A stretch of 62,610 bases of DNA, counting the filler, from Collodictyon triciliatum (taxonomy: Eukaryota): assembly GCA_043381765.1 (NCBI GenBank). It is 12 parts of 12 records of this genome, joined end to end, with 100 filler letters (N's around TTAATTAATTAA, not from the genome) between each part and the next. Parts side by side here need not be neighbours in the genome. Positions count along the whole stretch, not along the records: positions 26,915 to 32,209 come from JBHJMP010005332.1; positions 32,310 to 37,583 come from JBHJMP010005333.1; positions 37,684 to 42,957 come from JBHJMP010005334.1; positions 43,058 to 48,328 come from JBHJMP010005335.1; positions 48,429 to 53,697 come from JBHJMP010005336.1; 7 more parts are not named here. One strand, written 5' to 3'. Made by a program: the position numbers and the translations under genes. This document shows positions 31,238-48,521 of the stretch, one piece after another. How positions within the stretch are numbered: position 1 is the first letter of the stretch; each line of letters starts with the position of its first letter. The notes under the pieces are model-generated. The model was given only the letters and a program-made list of their open reading frames with translations. It had not been told where the DNA came from and searched no databases.

Positions 31238-32036
31238 ATGGTATGAATATTAATGTTTGCCTCGATTTCTTAGCCGTATGTGACCACCCCACTGCACAAA
31301 AAGTCGCCGTCCCTTCTCCCCTGGCGTTTCGCACGAAAGTACCAACGGATGAGATGCCTCAAGTAAAAGGATGCCCATTCATATGGAGTTATTTCGAGCT
31401 CTAGCTTTTGCTCTGTTTATGAACAGGCCTGCATAGACCCATGCGCGCCTCTTGAAAGTAGCAAAGCCGCCCAACACCAGAACCGTAAACCAACATGAGA
31501 CCAACAAATTCTCACGCACCATGATTTGCGCAATCTATAAACGCGCATTGATGTCACATCATCCATCTCTTCACATAGCAGCACGTCCAGAACAAAAGAC
31601 CCGACCAAAAGAAGAAACAAAGAGCGAAGAGAATGCGCCGTTTCCGAAGCCCGCTCCGTCCACCAACGTGAGACCTTCAAATGACAGGTGAAAACCGACC
31701 CAAACCCGCCTCGTTTGAATTTCCGTGATAATGTCACACAATCATCAAAGACGAGCCGTTTGACATCGCCGCACACTTTTTCCTTGGCTTGTTTGCAGAG
31801 GAAACCTGTCACTCGCTGTACTGCAAGGAAGGCTCACTGGCCACTCCGCTCCCACACACCGAAGTCCTCCTCTCCACCTTATCTACGGTTTGCACACAGG
31901 AAATGAGCTCAGCAAACGTCCAGTCTCTCGAATCGCTCACCCAAACGATGATGAGTCTGCCCGTACTTACGCCCGAGGAACTGCAGCGCCTGATCAAAGT
32001 CCAGGCAAACATCCGCCGCTGGATTGCCCAGATTCG
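31238..32036 (+). CDS. IQ-motif-containing protein, N-terminal fragment
   Basis: ATG directly followed by GT, then exons ending LIKVQANIRRWIAQIR (IQ-like); internal splice choice is uncertain. Confidence 0.5.
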
Positions 32037-32616
32037 GTAGCCACATCCTCCTCCTTCTTTCCACCTCTCCAGCGTGCTTTCTTTTGGCGTATGCCGATCA
32101 TCCGTCCCTCTAGTTTCGAAGCAAAAACATAAAAACATAAAAACATAAAACATAAAAACAAAAAAACAAAAAAACAAAAAAACAAAAAAACAAAAAAACA
32201 AAAAAACAANNNNNNNNNNNNNNNNNNNNNNNNNNNNNNNNNNNNNNNNNNNNTTAATTAATTAANNNNNNNNNNNNNNNNNNNNNNNNNNNNNNNNNNN
32301 NNNNNNNNNAAATATTATTTTTTATGGTCAAGTTATTAGCCAGCTTTCGTTCTTTTTTTTTTTTTTTTTTTGTCACTTTTCTTAGAAATTCACAAGCCTA
32401 TATTTTTCAAGATTTACATCCAAAATTTATCTCTACACGAAATCAAAAAAGTGCGGGAAGTTTTTTCCCCAATTACTTTGTTAATTTACAAAGGTTTTTA
32501 TGAATGATATATGTCATTCCGACCTATAGTCTACACCAAAATGTTCTATGTCATAAATCATTCTGAAAAGAAAAACAAGTTAATTCGAACATACCGGATT
32601 GACTTCAATATCTTAG

Positions 32617-34029
32617 ACAAAAGGTCAGCGAGACTTGCTCAGTTTGTTATCCACCGAGGCTTAATTATATCGATGATACAAGCAGTTTTCTCTGCGCTCT
32701 ATTATTATGCACCCGTAGCAATCTATAATGTGAGATACTAATTATTTGCATCTTTGTGGTATGCTTCTTTCCCTTTTGGTTGGTCGAATGATTTTTACAG
32801 ATTTATTTTACTTGTTCTTCAATTCTAATTTTTTTTTTTAATAATATCAGGGATGGTTGCTTGTAGGGTCAGTTTTTTTTTCATTAATAATATTATCATT
32901 GTTTATTTATATTTTTCATTTTCTGTTATTTATGTGATTCATATAGTTAATAATTTATCTCACAGAAATTATATAAAACAGTAGAAAAGTTAAAGTAAAT
33001 ATTTACATCCACCGCCATTAGAATAATGGTCAGTTTATTGTAAACTGAACAGGCTCTGAGTTGTTTGTTTTGTGATAGATACGCCACAGTTTATACTATG
33101 GCTCCTGTGTTCTCATTGGTCCTAGATGAGGATGTTGAAGTAGAAACAGTATTTCTTTACCCTGAGTTGTACCGAGAGCTCCAGAAGGTGTATTTTTTGT
33201 TAGTAAATCATATGACCTACTTTATACCTATGTTTCATGAAAATAATTAATATTAGTGTTGCCTTATCCGAGCCGTATTAAACTGCACTTTTCATAACTC
33301 CATCCCATCTTGCTTTCGGCGATTAAAGAATATTTTCTCCACCTTTATTTAAATAGAATCTCAACAATATAAATAGTTAATTTTTGTAACCATGTTGTTT
33401 ATCAGGGAAGAGCCTTGTCGGATAAAACCTTTTTCATTTGGGTTTTTAAAAGGCAAGTCATCTATCCTTGAGGGTTGATAAGACTTCATACCATATATAT
33501 TGAGTATCGGTGTTTATGGATGACAGTGCCGAGCTCACACAGAGAACAGGATAATTGAAACTAAACTAATGTTTTTTTTTTATCTTTTCTTTCGTAGCAT
33601 ATACCAAGGCGGAATCATCATGATTCTTACAATTATGCTGTTTGAATCTTCGTTTATCTATATTGTGTCCATCACCTTCACGGTGCTTGTCTTTACTGAA
33701 CTGCTCAATGTGGCTCTCGAAATCAATACTTGGCACCGTCTGATGGTTTATGCTGAGGTTGCTTCTGTGGTTGTCTACATCATCAGCATGGTTGTTCTGC
33801 AAGAGTACTTTGGTATGTTTTAAGTCACCAAGGAAGTCAATATTTGGCAACCAACTCTCCCCACCCAAACCAATATCTTTTCTCTTCCTGCGTAGATGCA
33901 CGTTTCATTTCGTCATGGACATTCATTTGGAAGATATGCGTCATCACACTCAGTAGTTGCCTCCCAATATATATCGCAAAGTATGCCATGAAGAGGTACA
34001 ACCCGCCAGCTTACCTGAAGCTGCGCTAA
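32617..34029 (+). CDS. NEO1: P4-type ATPase (phospholipid flippase), ATP9/NEO1 subfamily, C-terminal part
   Basis: [81 protein letters not shown]. Confidence 0.93.
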
Positions 34030-34534
34030 GGCTGGTGTCTCCCAACACCCGGCCCCTAGACCTCTGGCGTGGGTACACTACAATTCCTATAAAAGACAAA
34101 GACAAAGACAAAGACAAAGGAAAACGCCGAACCTAATTTCCAGAAAAAGATGTACCATTCTCAGAAAGTGATTCCAGAAGCGGCACAATCGCCACTTGTT
34201 CGAGGAAATCGGCGCCCCACAAAGCCACACTGACCAAATGCGGATGAGAGTGGTTTGTTTAAATAGTGGACGACACAAGACCGCCATTAAATGGCTCCGA
34301 TCGACGCGCAGCAGATCAACAGCACAGACAGGAGGCAAAGCTATAGATAGATCACAGGCAGAAGCGGAGCGTTGAAAAGAGAGGCGCGCAGAGACCCCCT
34401 GCTGGGATGACTCAGCGCAGAGACAAACAACCAGGCGCTCCCAGCAACCCACCACCACACGGCTCACACAAACACCCGCAGATCCACGCAAACCGCACGC
34501 CGGAAAGAGACCGGCACACGCGCAAGCAGCAGCC

Positions 34535-36224
34535 ATGGACACGGAGCACATAGCCAGCGTCGAGCCCGTCACGCTGCACCTGACAGCAAACCATGCGTAA
34601 GCGAGCCCTCTCCCGCCATAGACTCTTCTCCCGCCATAGACCCTTCTCGCTCACCGGCGCTGCCCCGCACAGAATCGCCGTCCGCGTGCTTCTGAAGCGC
34701 ACGCACTGCCCGCTGGGCGATCCCAACCAGGTTCTCACGGACCCGGCGGGCGGCCTCAGCCTGGTCGCCTTCTCCACCGAGAGCTGCCCCTTCGAGCTGG
34801 TCCTGGCCATCGACTCGGACCGCCGCATCCGCAAGGACATTGTGGCCAGCATCTCCCTCCACGATGCGCAGCACGGACGTGGGCACGACGACGGACACGG
34901 TGATGACCATGAGGATGGCCATGGGCATGAGCACGAGGCAGACGCGCCCCTGGCTGGAGGGCTGCGCGAGGCGGACGGAGCAGCCGTGGTTTGTCTTTCC
35001 TGCCCATCGCCCCACTTCCCTGCCCATCGCCCCACTGACCCGCCCATCGCCCCGCAGACCCACGTCCGCTTTGCCGGCCAGAAGCGCCGCCTGCAGTCCC
35101 CAAAGTTTGGGCTGGGCCGCACCAGCTTTCGCGCCGCAGACTCTGCGCCCCACGCCATGCGCCTGCAGATTGCCCTCGGTGTGGACGGCAACGCCCCGCA
35201 GGCCGTCCTGTTCACCCCGGCCTTCTTTGTCCTCTCCAAGATCCCACCCGACCTCCTCGCAAAGGACTACATCCTCCGCCACCTCCGCACACGCGCAGCC
35301 TCCCTCCGCTTCCACGTCGACACTGCGGCCAAGCGCTATCACCCCTCCCAGAAGAGGGCCACCGTCTTCTTCCATCTCGCCTCCTCCTATCTCCGCTTCC
35401 CATTCGCGCACATGCACACGGCTGGTGCGCCCAATCAGCTACCGGCCTCCCTGCTGGGCGATGTCCCGCGCTCATCGTCGCCGGGCAGCAAAAGGCACAG
35501 ACCGGCCCACGCGCACACTCGCACCCCACCGCTGACTCTCGATGTCGAAGCCGATGACCCTGCGGACATCCCACTGCATGCGCATTCCAACCAGCCGGTC
35601 GATAGCTGCGGTTCCGAGTCGATGCACGACACTAATGCGTCACTCGCACCCCGTCGCATGGTCGACGTACCCAAGCCAAAGCATGCAGACGACATGTTCA
35701 TTTATCAACACGCCCACAGCAACACAGGGACAGAGAACGAGGCAGAGGCAGAGGCAGATACAGATACTGAGGCAGAGACAGAGACCGACACGGCCAGTGA
35801 CAACTTTGAAGAAATCATACACAAACATACATGCAAGTTGCATATGGTAACACCAAACAGTGTGGCTTCCTCCTTGGAGGCCATCTCCCCCAACTCCAGT
35901 AGCCAGGCAGCACATTTGCTTCTCAACCTTGCCTCCACAAACGCTACCTCGTCCTGTCTGCTGCCATCCAGTTCGTCCCACTATGTCCCCCAGACGGCAT
36001 TCAAAAGTGGCTTGCCTGTTCTTGCACTCATTGCCTCGGCCTCTCGGGTATATCCGCAACTCGAACTCCACGCACACCAAGGCTACTTCAACAGCCTCGA
36101 TTCGGATTTTTCGTCTCCAACTACCCCATTCTCTTTGCCCCCAATCATATCCTTTTCCTCAGAGAGCCCTTCTGTAGACAGTTTACATTCTCTGCAAGAG
36201 CACGTCCTACGGCATATGGTCTAG
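34535..36224 (+). CDS. Uncharacterised GC-rich protein with a His/Asp-rich loop and a possible Ig-fold DNA-binding domain
   Basis: ATG 34535 plus intron 34597-34672 splices in phase into the 543-aa ORF; probable in-frame intron 34989-35057; low-complexity Ser/Pro/Glu tail. Confidence 0.7.
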
Positions 36225-37685
36225 AATTCTGATGGACACATCTTCTCAGAGGAGAAAACGTACCTGACTCCAGCCTCTCGTTTATGAAGCACTCAATGTG
36301 CAGCTTCTTGTCCTGTACACATGCCTTTCGTTCTTTGGGGGTTTCTCTGTTTCCTTTCCCTTCTTTCGATGTTCATTGTCCCTTCAAAGTCACACCCCAG
36401 TTGATATCACGCCCACATCTTGTCGCTCCCTAACTCCTTCTCTACCTCAGTCTGATGGGGGTTTCAGCCGCAGTGTTGTTCTCTCATTTCATTTGATGTC
36501 TTTTCATTTGCACCACCCTGCACGGATTGGTGAAGATAGTCTTTGCGTCTGCTCCGGTGTAATACAAAGTCATTAAACCACACCACAAACTAAATGACAG
36601 GGCCGACTTGGTCACGATTTGCATGGGTTCTGTGTGCCTGTTTGTCTCTCTTTTTTCTCCTGGAGTATGCCGTGTACATCACAGAATGGAGGGTTGCTCG
36701 TTGCTTCTTTTTCAATCCCACAGCTTTTTATGCGCCTAGAAAACTATATTTATTCGATGAAGGTTTCCGCTGCCGCCAACCCTGCTTCTATGGTGGCTCT
36801 GTGGATAAGGGGTTCCCTTGCCCCACAGGCGTTTGGTTTTGATGGTTGCACATTTTCTCGTTTTTCTTTTCTCTTTTCGCTTTGGGCATAGCGGAAGCAG
36901 GGGAATTATAATTAACAACGGGAAGGGCTTTGGATGAATTGGTTCGTCAGCACTTCTACAATCCACTCATACAGGCTGCCTGACATCCTCTACGGTGGAC
37001 AGCTCGGCTCTGGTGCTGGCTGTTTGTGGGGGTGCGGGTGATTCGTTGGCTGGCGCGGTGGCGGCTTTCTTGCCAAATTTCAGCCCGCAAGCATTGCACA
37101 GCCTGAAAATATTGGAGATGTTGTGACCAGAGCTCTATGCGTAGCATTATCACCGATGGCAATTGCAAAAAACAGTGACATGCACAGAAGGTGCTTTTGT
37201 CTCGGCACGTAAGTCGGATGAAATACCGCGGGGCACTTACGAAGCCTTCCCGTCCGGGCCCCTTCTCCATGCCGGAGACGATGTAGCACCGCAGTGGAGG
37301 CATGCTTGGTCGGTCTGTGCACGACCGACAAGTTTTTTTTTTAATAAATAGATGACTTTTTCCCCAAAAATATCATTACTTGACGTATAGAAAAAAAATG
37401 AGAGAGAAGAGAGAAAGAAGAGAGAAAGAAGAGAGAAGGAAGAAGAGAAGGAAGAAGAGAGAAGGAAGAAGAGAGAAAAAAGAGAGAGAAAGAAGAGAGA
37501 AAAAAAAAGAGAGAAAAAAAAAGAGAGAAAAAGAGAGAGAGAGAAAGAAGAGAGAAAAAAAAGAGAAAAAAAAAAAGAGAAAANNNNNNNNNNNNNNNNN
37601 NNNNNNNNNNNNNNNNNNNNNNNNNNNTTAATTAATTAANNNNNNNNNNNNNNNNNNNNNNNNNNNNNNNNNNNNNNNNNNNNGG

Positions 37686-37757
<72 letters not shown>

Positions 37758-37777
37758 GAATTGTCTCCTCTTGAAAC

Positions 37778-38984
37778 CTTTTTGTTGGCTGCAGCAAGTT
37801 GAGCGGCAAGTTGGGCAACTTCGGCCTCTTTATCAGCAATTTTCTTTTGGCTGTCGCGAGCTGAATCATTATCATATGTGAGTGGGAAAACGCAGCCAGA
37901 ATATACTTAACATGATGGCACTTACAAACAGATGCATTTTCGCTCTTCTCACGTGCGACCGATTCCTCCAGAAGTGAAATCTAAAAAGAAAAAGTAAATA
38001 TATAATATGATAAGAGATCTCAGAAATCATGTGCATCAAGACAGAAAAAATGCTTGGAATAGAATGGACTCATTAAATCTACACCTTGGCCCTAAGCTCG
38101 GTGACGTCATTGTCTAAGCGAGTAATCGTGTCGGATTTCTAGAAGAGACACTCATGTTATTGTTGTATACCTTAATTCTCCTTCAATAGCAAAAAGCAGG
38201 ACATAAAGGAATAATATGCGTATATTTCGAGTAAACGAGGTAATGTTAACCTCCTTTTTATCGCGCTGGGCTTCTTGTGTAACCTTCGTTATTTCACTCT
38301 TCAGTCGGGAAATCTCTGCTTGGTCATCGTCGCTCTAAGATAAATTAAACAAGCAAAAAATAATAATGATAATTAAACATATCAAGAAGTGGTGCGGATA
38401 TGGCTAGCTTTTTTTTTTCTTCCACTTCTTCGACTTATTTAACGTTGTGTATTGTATCTCACTTGAAGTTTCAGAAGCCTGTGCTGGTTTTGTAATTCTC
38501 TATATTTTGCACTCCACGAGTCCTCCAGTTCGCTGGCCTTGTCCTATTAAATTCAATGTCCAAAAGAGAGAGGAAAATTTGTTACATTTGTTTGTAGAGT
38601 AAAAGCTACGAAAGACATGTTATGCTAATATTTAGAGGAGAAATCATGCCTTGTCTGATTCAAACTGGTATAGTAACTCTTGAATCTAGTAGAAACCGAT
38701 GAAGTACATTTTACAAGGACAAACGATTGAAATACTGACTTGCTATTGACATGAATCCAAGCCAAGAAATTTTAAATGATGGGTTTAGATACTACGTACA
38801 CGTGCTTCCAATTGCTCCCGACCAAGCTGCGCATCCTTTTCAGCATCTGCCAGCTTCCCTTTGAAAGTCAGCTCTGCGTTCACGTACCGACTTTGCAGGC
38901 TATCCACCTGGGAATAGAAATCATGACGACAATGTTTATTCATAACATGCAACAACAAAAAAAATTTGCTTCGGCGGCTAAATC

Positions 38985-39081
<97 letters not shown>

Positions 39082-42000
39082 GACTCTTCATCAAGTAAAA
39101 TTTATGACCTCTTTCTTCAGCTGCTGCTGTGTTTTTTGGAGTGCTGTGTTCTCGTTGTGAGATTGTTGAAGCTGCTGCGTTAGCTCGTGGTTCTTCTTTT
39201 CCAGCTCAGCAATCTGCATCAAATTGAATATATTGGATGAGTAGACCGCATTTGGCATATTCTTGATTCAAAATCCTGAGTGAGACGAGAGAGAGAGCTA
39301 CTTTCTTTTCCATTGAGGACTTCATCGATGCCATCTCATCCTTTTCTCTGGACAACTATTGCAAATCAATTTCTTGAACATCATACACGAAGTCACATAT
39401 AATATGACACTTATACTTTGAAGTAACGTATAGCTTATTAATGAATACAAACTTCGTTGTCTTTGGCCTTGAGTACGCGCTGGTGCTCTGCTTCGAGAAG
39501 GACCTTGGCGGCAGAGACTTTTTTCTCTATCTGCTCCTGATTTTTTCTTTCTTCTTCCTCACGCTATGATATATTATTGAGGGGAAAAATGCAGTTGCTA
39601 ATCCGCCAAAAAGAAAGCTTAAATACGAATGAAAACATGCTTTATTCTAGAAATGTATATAGAAAAATATGAAAGTAAAGTGCATACTAATATCTTATCT
39701 TGAGCTTCTTTTCTGCGTTTTTCTTCTTCGAGATTCATGAGCATGCGCTCCATATCTTTGCGCTTCTGCTCTGCGCTGAGAAGCCTTCTTTCTGCTCTTT
39801 TCTTGGCCAAAATCGGTCCCGAATACTTTCGTACCTTATATCCTCGCCAATTTTTCTGCAAAATACCGATGCTTACCATTTTTTTTCTGATTCTTTGGAT
39901 TCTTGGAAGCAAGAAGCGACCGATACGGATTAGGATTTTCGAAATAAGGTGAATGGCTTTGAAGTGGCGAATGAGTGCTATCTTGTGCGCAACTATAAAA
40001 CGAATGGGGAGTGTTTTTCTTAGCACAAAACACAATAATCACATCAGAGATACATTAATGGGGCAATGTGTTCGAATCAAATGCCTGATATGAAGCAAAG
40101 GTAGTCGTGTGGGAATAGCATAATACGTTTGATTGTGGAGATTGCAGTCCAGATAGCAAGGCGGAAGTTTTTCCGCCTTACCCATTTGACGATTTTCCCG
40201 ACAACGTTAGCCGAATGTGCAACACCCGATGATTTCAGTTCATCCAAGAATGCAAGCTGTTGCAACGGCACCATTGTTTAGCATTACCCACAGAAAGACA
40301 AAGTTAAACATACATATCGGATAATCACGCACATATATAGGAATGAGAGAAAGTATCTTAACATTAAATGCATTTTGTATCAGAGGCCCACCTTCCCAGA
40401 ACGGAAAAAGACTTTCGAGATTCCCATAGCGAAATCCTTTCTGTCGAATTCCAGTGTCATCAGGAGAGCTTCGCAAAAGTCTTTTGTCTTTAGTTTAAGC
40501 AGGACTTCAGGCAACATAGACTTGAACCTAAAAGAAAATAGGGTCGTAAGTTATCTAGACACGAGTTCGTTGGAAAAACACACCTTCTCGTTCCTCGGAT
40601 ATATCTTACTATTTAACATGAAATTAAGAATGAAGCATTAAACGGTCGGGTTGCAGGGGGTAAAAAAAAAAACTACCTTTTATGGAGGTCGTCATAAGGA
40701 GAGCGTGTTGGATACCCTGCATGCATAAGTTGCAATGCGGCCATCATTCCGTTGCAGCGCAGTTGATTGAGAATGATATCCCCCTCAAAAACGCCCTTTG
40801 ATTATGGGAAGAAAAAACCTCAAAATTTGAATTATAATACTTTCATAATGCATATACTTGCTACTAAAACGTTAGTCATTCTACTTGAATACTAACCGGT
40901 TTTTGTTTGGTCGTTGGCTTGATACAGCGGATAAAGTGAGACTCTGTCTTTCTCAAATCCTCCATTAGTTGAGTTAGAGATTTCTGTGTACAAAAAGTAT
41001 ATGATGAGCTTTTTTCTTTCTTTTCTGCAGAATTATAATGATAGAAATCAAAATTTAATCATTTCATGATAAAAAAAAAAAAGAACAACTTCAAAATAAG
41101 GTTTTCGTATGTTGAAATTACCACAAAATCAGAGGCGACACTGTTAAATCGGTTTCCGGATGCTGGATGGTTGATTGATGTGGTTAGTTATTTAAAGTTT
41201 TATTATGCGAGATGTAATCGTATGCATATGCGTATAATAGCTATAAATTACTCTGTGAACCATCAGACACCGGGAAAAGAGCCTTGAGTGTATCGTTTGT
41301 TGTCGAAAAGAGAAGAGACTGGTGGTCTGGATGAACCATATTGGTGTTCTTTTCTAGAAATCCAGCAGTTGAATAGCATACCTAGACGACAGTTGAATGT
41401 ACCATTAGGAACAGCTTCACTGGAAAGGTTACGAAGGACCATAATGTTAAACAGTTTGTCTTTCTTAAAAGCAAAAGTGCAGTTTATTGAGGTTGGGAAT
41501 GGAAAACTTACATCGCCAGCGTAGTGTCTCACTACAAAAGCCTCAGACGTAGTCAGTTTACGAGGAGGTTTGCCTAGTTTCGAGTGGTTTCCGTGCGCCT
41601 TGTAGACTATGGAATTACCGTGTTCATAATGAGACAAGAAGAAACACGCAGTAATCACTCTGCTAAAATTTCGATGTTTATACAAAGACTAACAAACTTT
41701 TTTCAGTAAACGCAGAGTCCTTGGAGTTCGGCAACTTCATTTCCTCATCCAGTATCGATAGAATACCAGCCGGTGATTTTTTCTGATGTATATGCAGATT
41801 TTTTTTTTAAAAAAAAAGGAAACAGAGAACCCAGATGAAGCAAAAGGAGGATTTTTTTTTTATGTTTTGTTTCGAGAACCTCATCAATCAAACTAATGCA
41901 ATCTTGATTGTCTTGGTATTCAATTTCTGGTGCTTTGATGCCCTCACGCTTGTATAAATCAAGTTCCTATGAAGAACAAACGATTAATAACGAGGAATAA

Positions 42001-42826
42001 TGACTAGCCACAGCTTATGGTACCTATTAACATGGAGGGAATCTGTAAAAGAAACATTAAGTGGAAGAAGACCTGTATAAATATGCATGAATTGAAATAT
42101 TGTTGGAGAGTTTCGTTGGTGTAGTTAATGCACAGCTGCTCAAATGAGTTGACCTGAAGAGCAGATATGCATAAATAATCGAAGGCCAAATGATATTATT
42201 GAATTAAAGTCTGCAATATGATAGATTACATCGAAGCTCTCGAATCCGAAAATATCCAAAATCCCAATGTGCGAAACTGGCTCTTCAGTCCTGTTCGATT
42301 AATCATATATATATATATATCACCATTCTATTAACACAGGTAAATGTTCAAATACATGATTCAGGCTTTTATGTTCAAGTAACACACGATTTGTTTGACT
42401 TTGTTGGTGATGGGTGTTGAGTGAACTTACGATAAGAGACTTTTATTCACAACGGATACAACCCAGTCAAATAAATTACTGTAAATTGTCTTTGCGAGGA
42501 CGTCACACAAATCACGAGCCTAACATGTGATAATTGCAAAAAATTAAATAAAGAATAAGCAGAATGGCTCTTGATATGCGAAGGTGTTTGAAAATTGCAG
42601 AAGCATAACAATTGGAACATAAATTACTTGTGTGGCAGTCAAGGGACGATCGAAAGTCTGTTGCTTCGTCACAATCTTTCGGTGAGTGAGCACAAATTCC
42701 TGCGGAACCGATGATGAGAGTTGTATGAATAAATGATGCCTGCACAAATATAAATGTCGTATGAAGCTTTCAAGCATACCAATTTTTCTTCACTCAAGCC
42801 CAAAAGAGTCGCAGCCCGTTTAAGTT
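37778..42826 (-). CDS. Myosin heavy chain, myosin VI-like: C-terminal motor half, converter, insert-2-like helix, IQ, coiled coil; partial at both ends
   Basis: [99 protein letters not shown]. Confidence 0.95.
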
Positions 42827-43232
42827 CTAGATGTTTATAAGTTTAAGAAAGATAGAAAGATAGAAAGATAGAAAGATAGAAAGATAGAAAGATAGAAAGA
42901 TAGAAAGATAGAAAGATAGAAAGATAGAAAGATAGAAAGATAGAAAGATAGAAAGATNNNNNNNNNNNNNNNNNNNNNNNNNNNNNNNNNNNNNNNNNNN
43001 NTTAATTAATTAANNNNNNNNNNNNNNNNNNNNNNNNNNNNNNNNNNNNNNNNNNNNATGTATGTATGTATGTATGTATGTATGTATGTATGTATGTATG
43101 TATGTATGTATGTATGTATGTATGTATGTATGTATGTATGTATGTATGTATGTATGTATGTATGTGGTGCATGCTTGAATTTGTAGTAAACTAATCTGTT
43201 GATATAAATTTCACCAACATTATACCTCTCAG

Positions 43233-47306
<4,074 letters not shown>

Positions 47307-47887
47307 AAGAGAAAGAAAAAACAGAAGAGAAAGCGAGAGAAAAGAAAGAAAGAAAGAGAGAGAAGAGGGAAGTGTAGATTCATTTCAATATTACTACTCT
47401 CCATTTCATTTTACTACACTTTAACCTCTTCCTTATTCTTTTATTTCTATTCTAGTAGCAGGATGGCTCTATCGAATAACCATAATAACCATATTATTAA
47501 TAATAAAAAAAAAAATGAAAATTGGCCAGAAGAGAAGGAGGTTGAGGGGATAGCATGAGGGCACTCAACCTCGCTGCTCTTGCATGTTTTTCTATGTGCC
47601 AGTCACGAACTATCCAATTTATTTTCTTGGTGACCTTATCATCATGAGGCCCGTTTCTGTTGCTCGTGGGTGATAACAACTTTTTTGCATCTTGAAGAAG
47701 AAAAAAAAAGACTCAAGTACCAGAGCTGTTTCAGCCCTTTTTTTTTTTTTTTTTCTGTCCTGCTGTCTATATGCAATCAGGGAGGTATTGATATCTAGAA
47801 GAATGCCTCTCAAACGACACAAACACTCATCGAGCAACATATCCTACGTCTTTGTTTCCTTTACTGTCATTCACGCGATCGTCTCCA

Positions 47888-47941
<54 letters not shown>

Positions 47942-48256
47942 TATCATTACTACTAGAACTATTATAATTGATTCGACTTGGTATATGCTTATTTGTGAGT
48001 CTTGTCAGATCTTGCTATAAGCGAAGTGCCGGTTGGTTTTACAAAACCAAACATCAAAAGGCGCGATAAGTGTGATCGCACAACTTTTAACAGACTGTAA
48101 ACAGAACAATACAGCAACGCGTTGGCTTCTTTTCTGACTCTACTGACTGTCATTTTTATTTCGTATTGGGCCAGTAACCCCTTCGATCATTCTATATATC
48201 CCCACCTGCTCCTCTCCTGCTTCCCTCCTTCTTTCCTTTTCTTCCTTTTTGCTCCT

Positions 48257-48328
<72 letters not shown>

Positions 48329-48441
48329 NNNNNNNNNNNNNNNNNNNNNNNNNNNNNNNNNNNNNNNNNNNNTTAATTAATTAANNNNNNNNNNNNNNNN
48401 NNNNNNNNNNNNNNNNNNNNNNNNNNNNAAAAAAAAAAAAA

Positions 48442-48502
<61 letters not shown>

Positions 48503-48521
48503 AAATCGAAAATGACGATAC

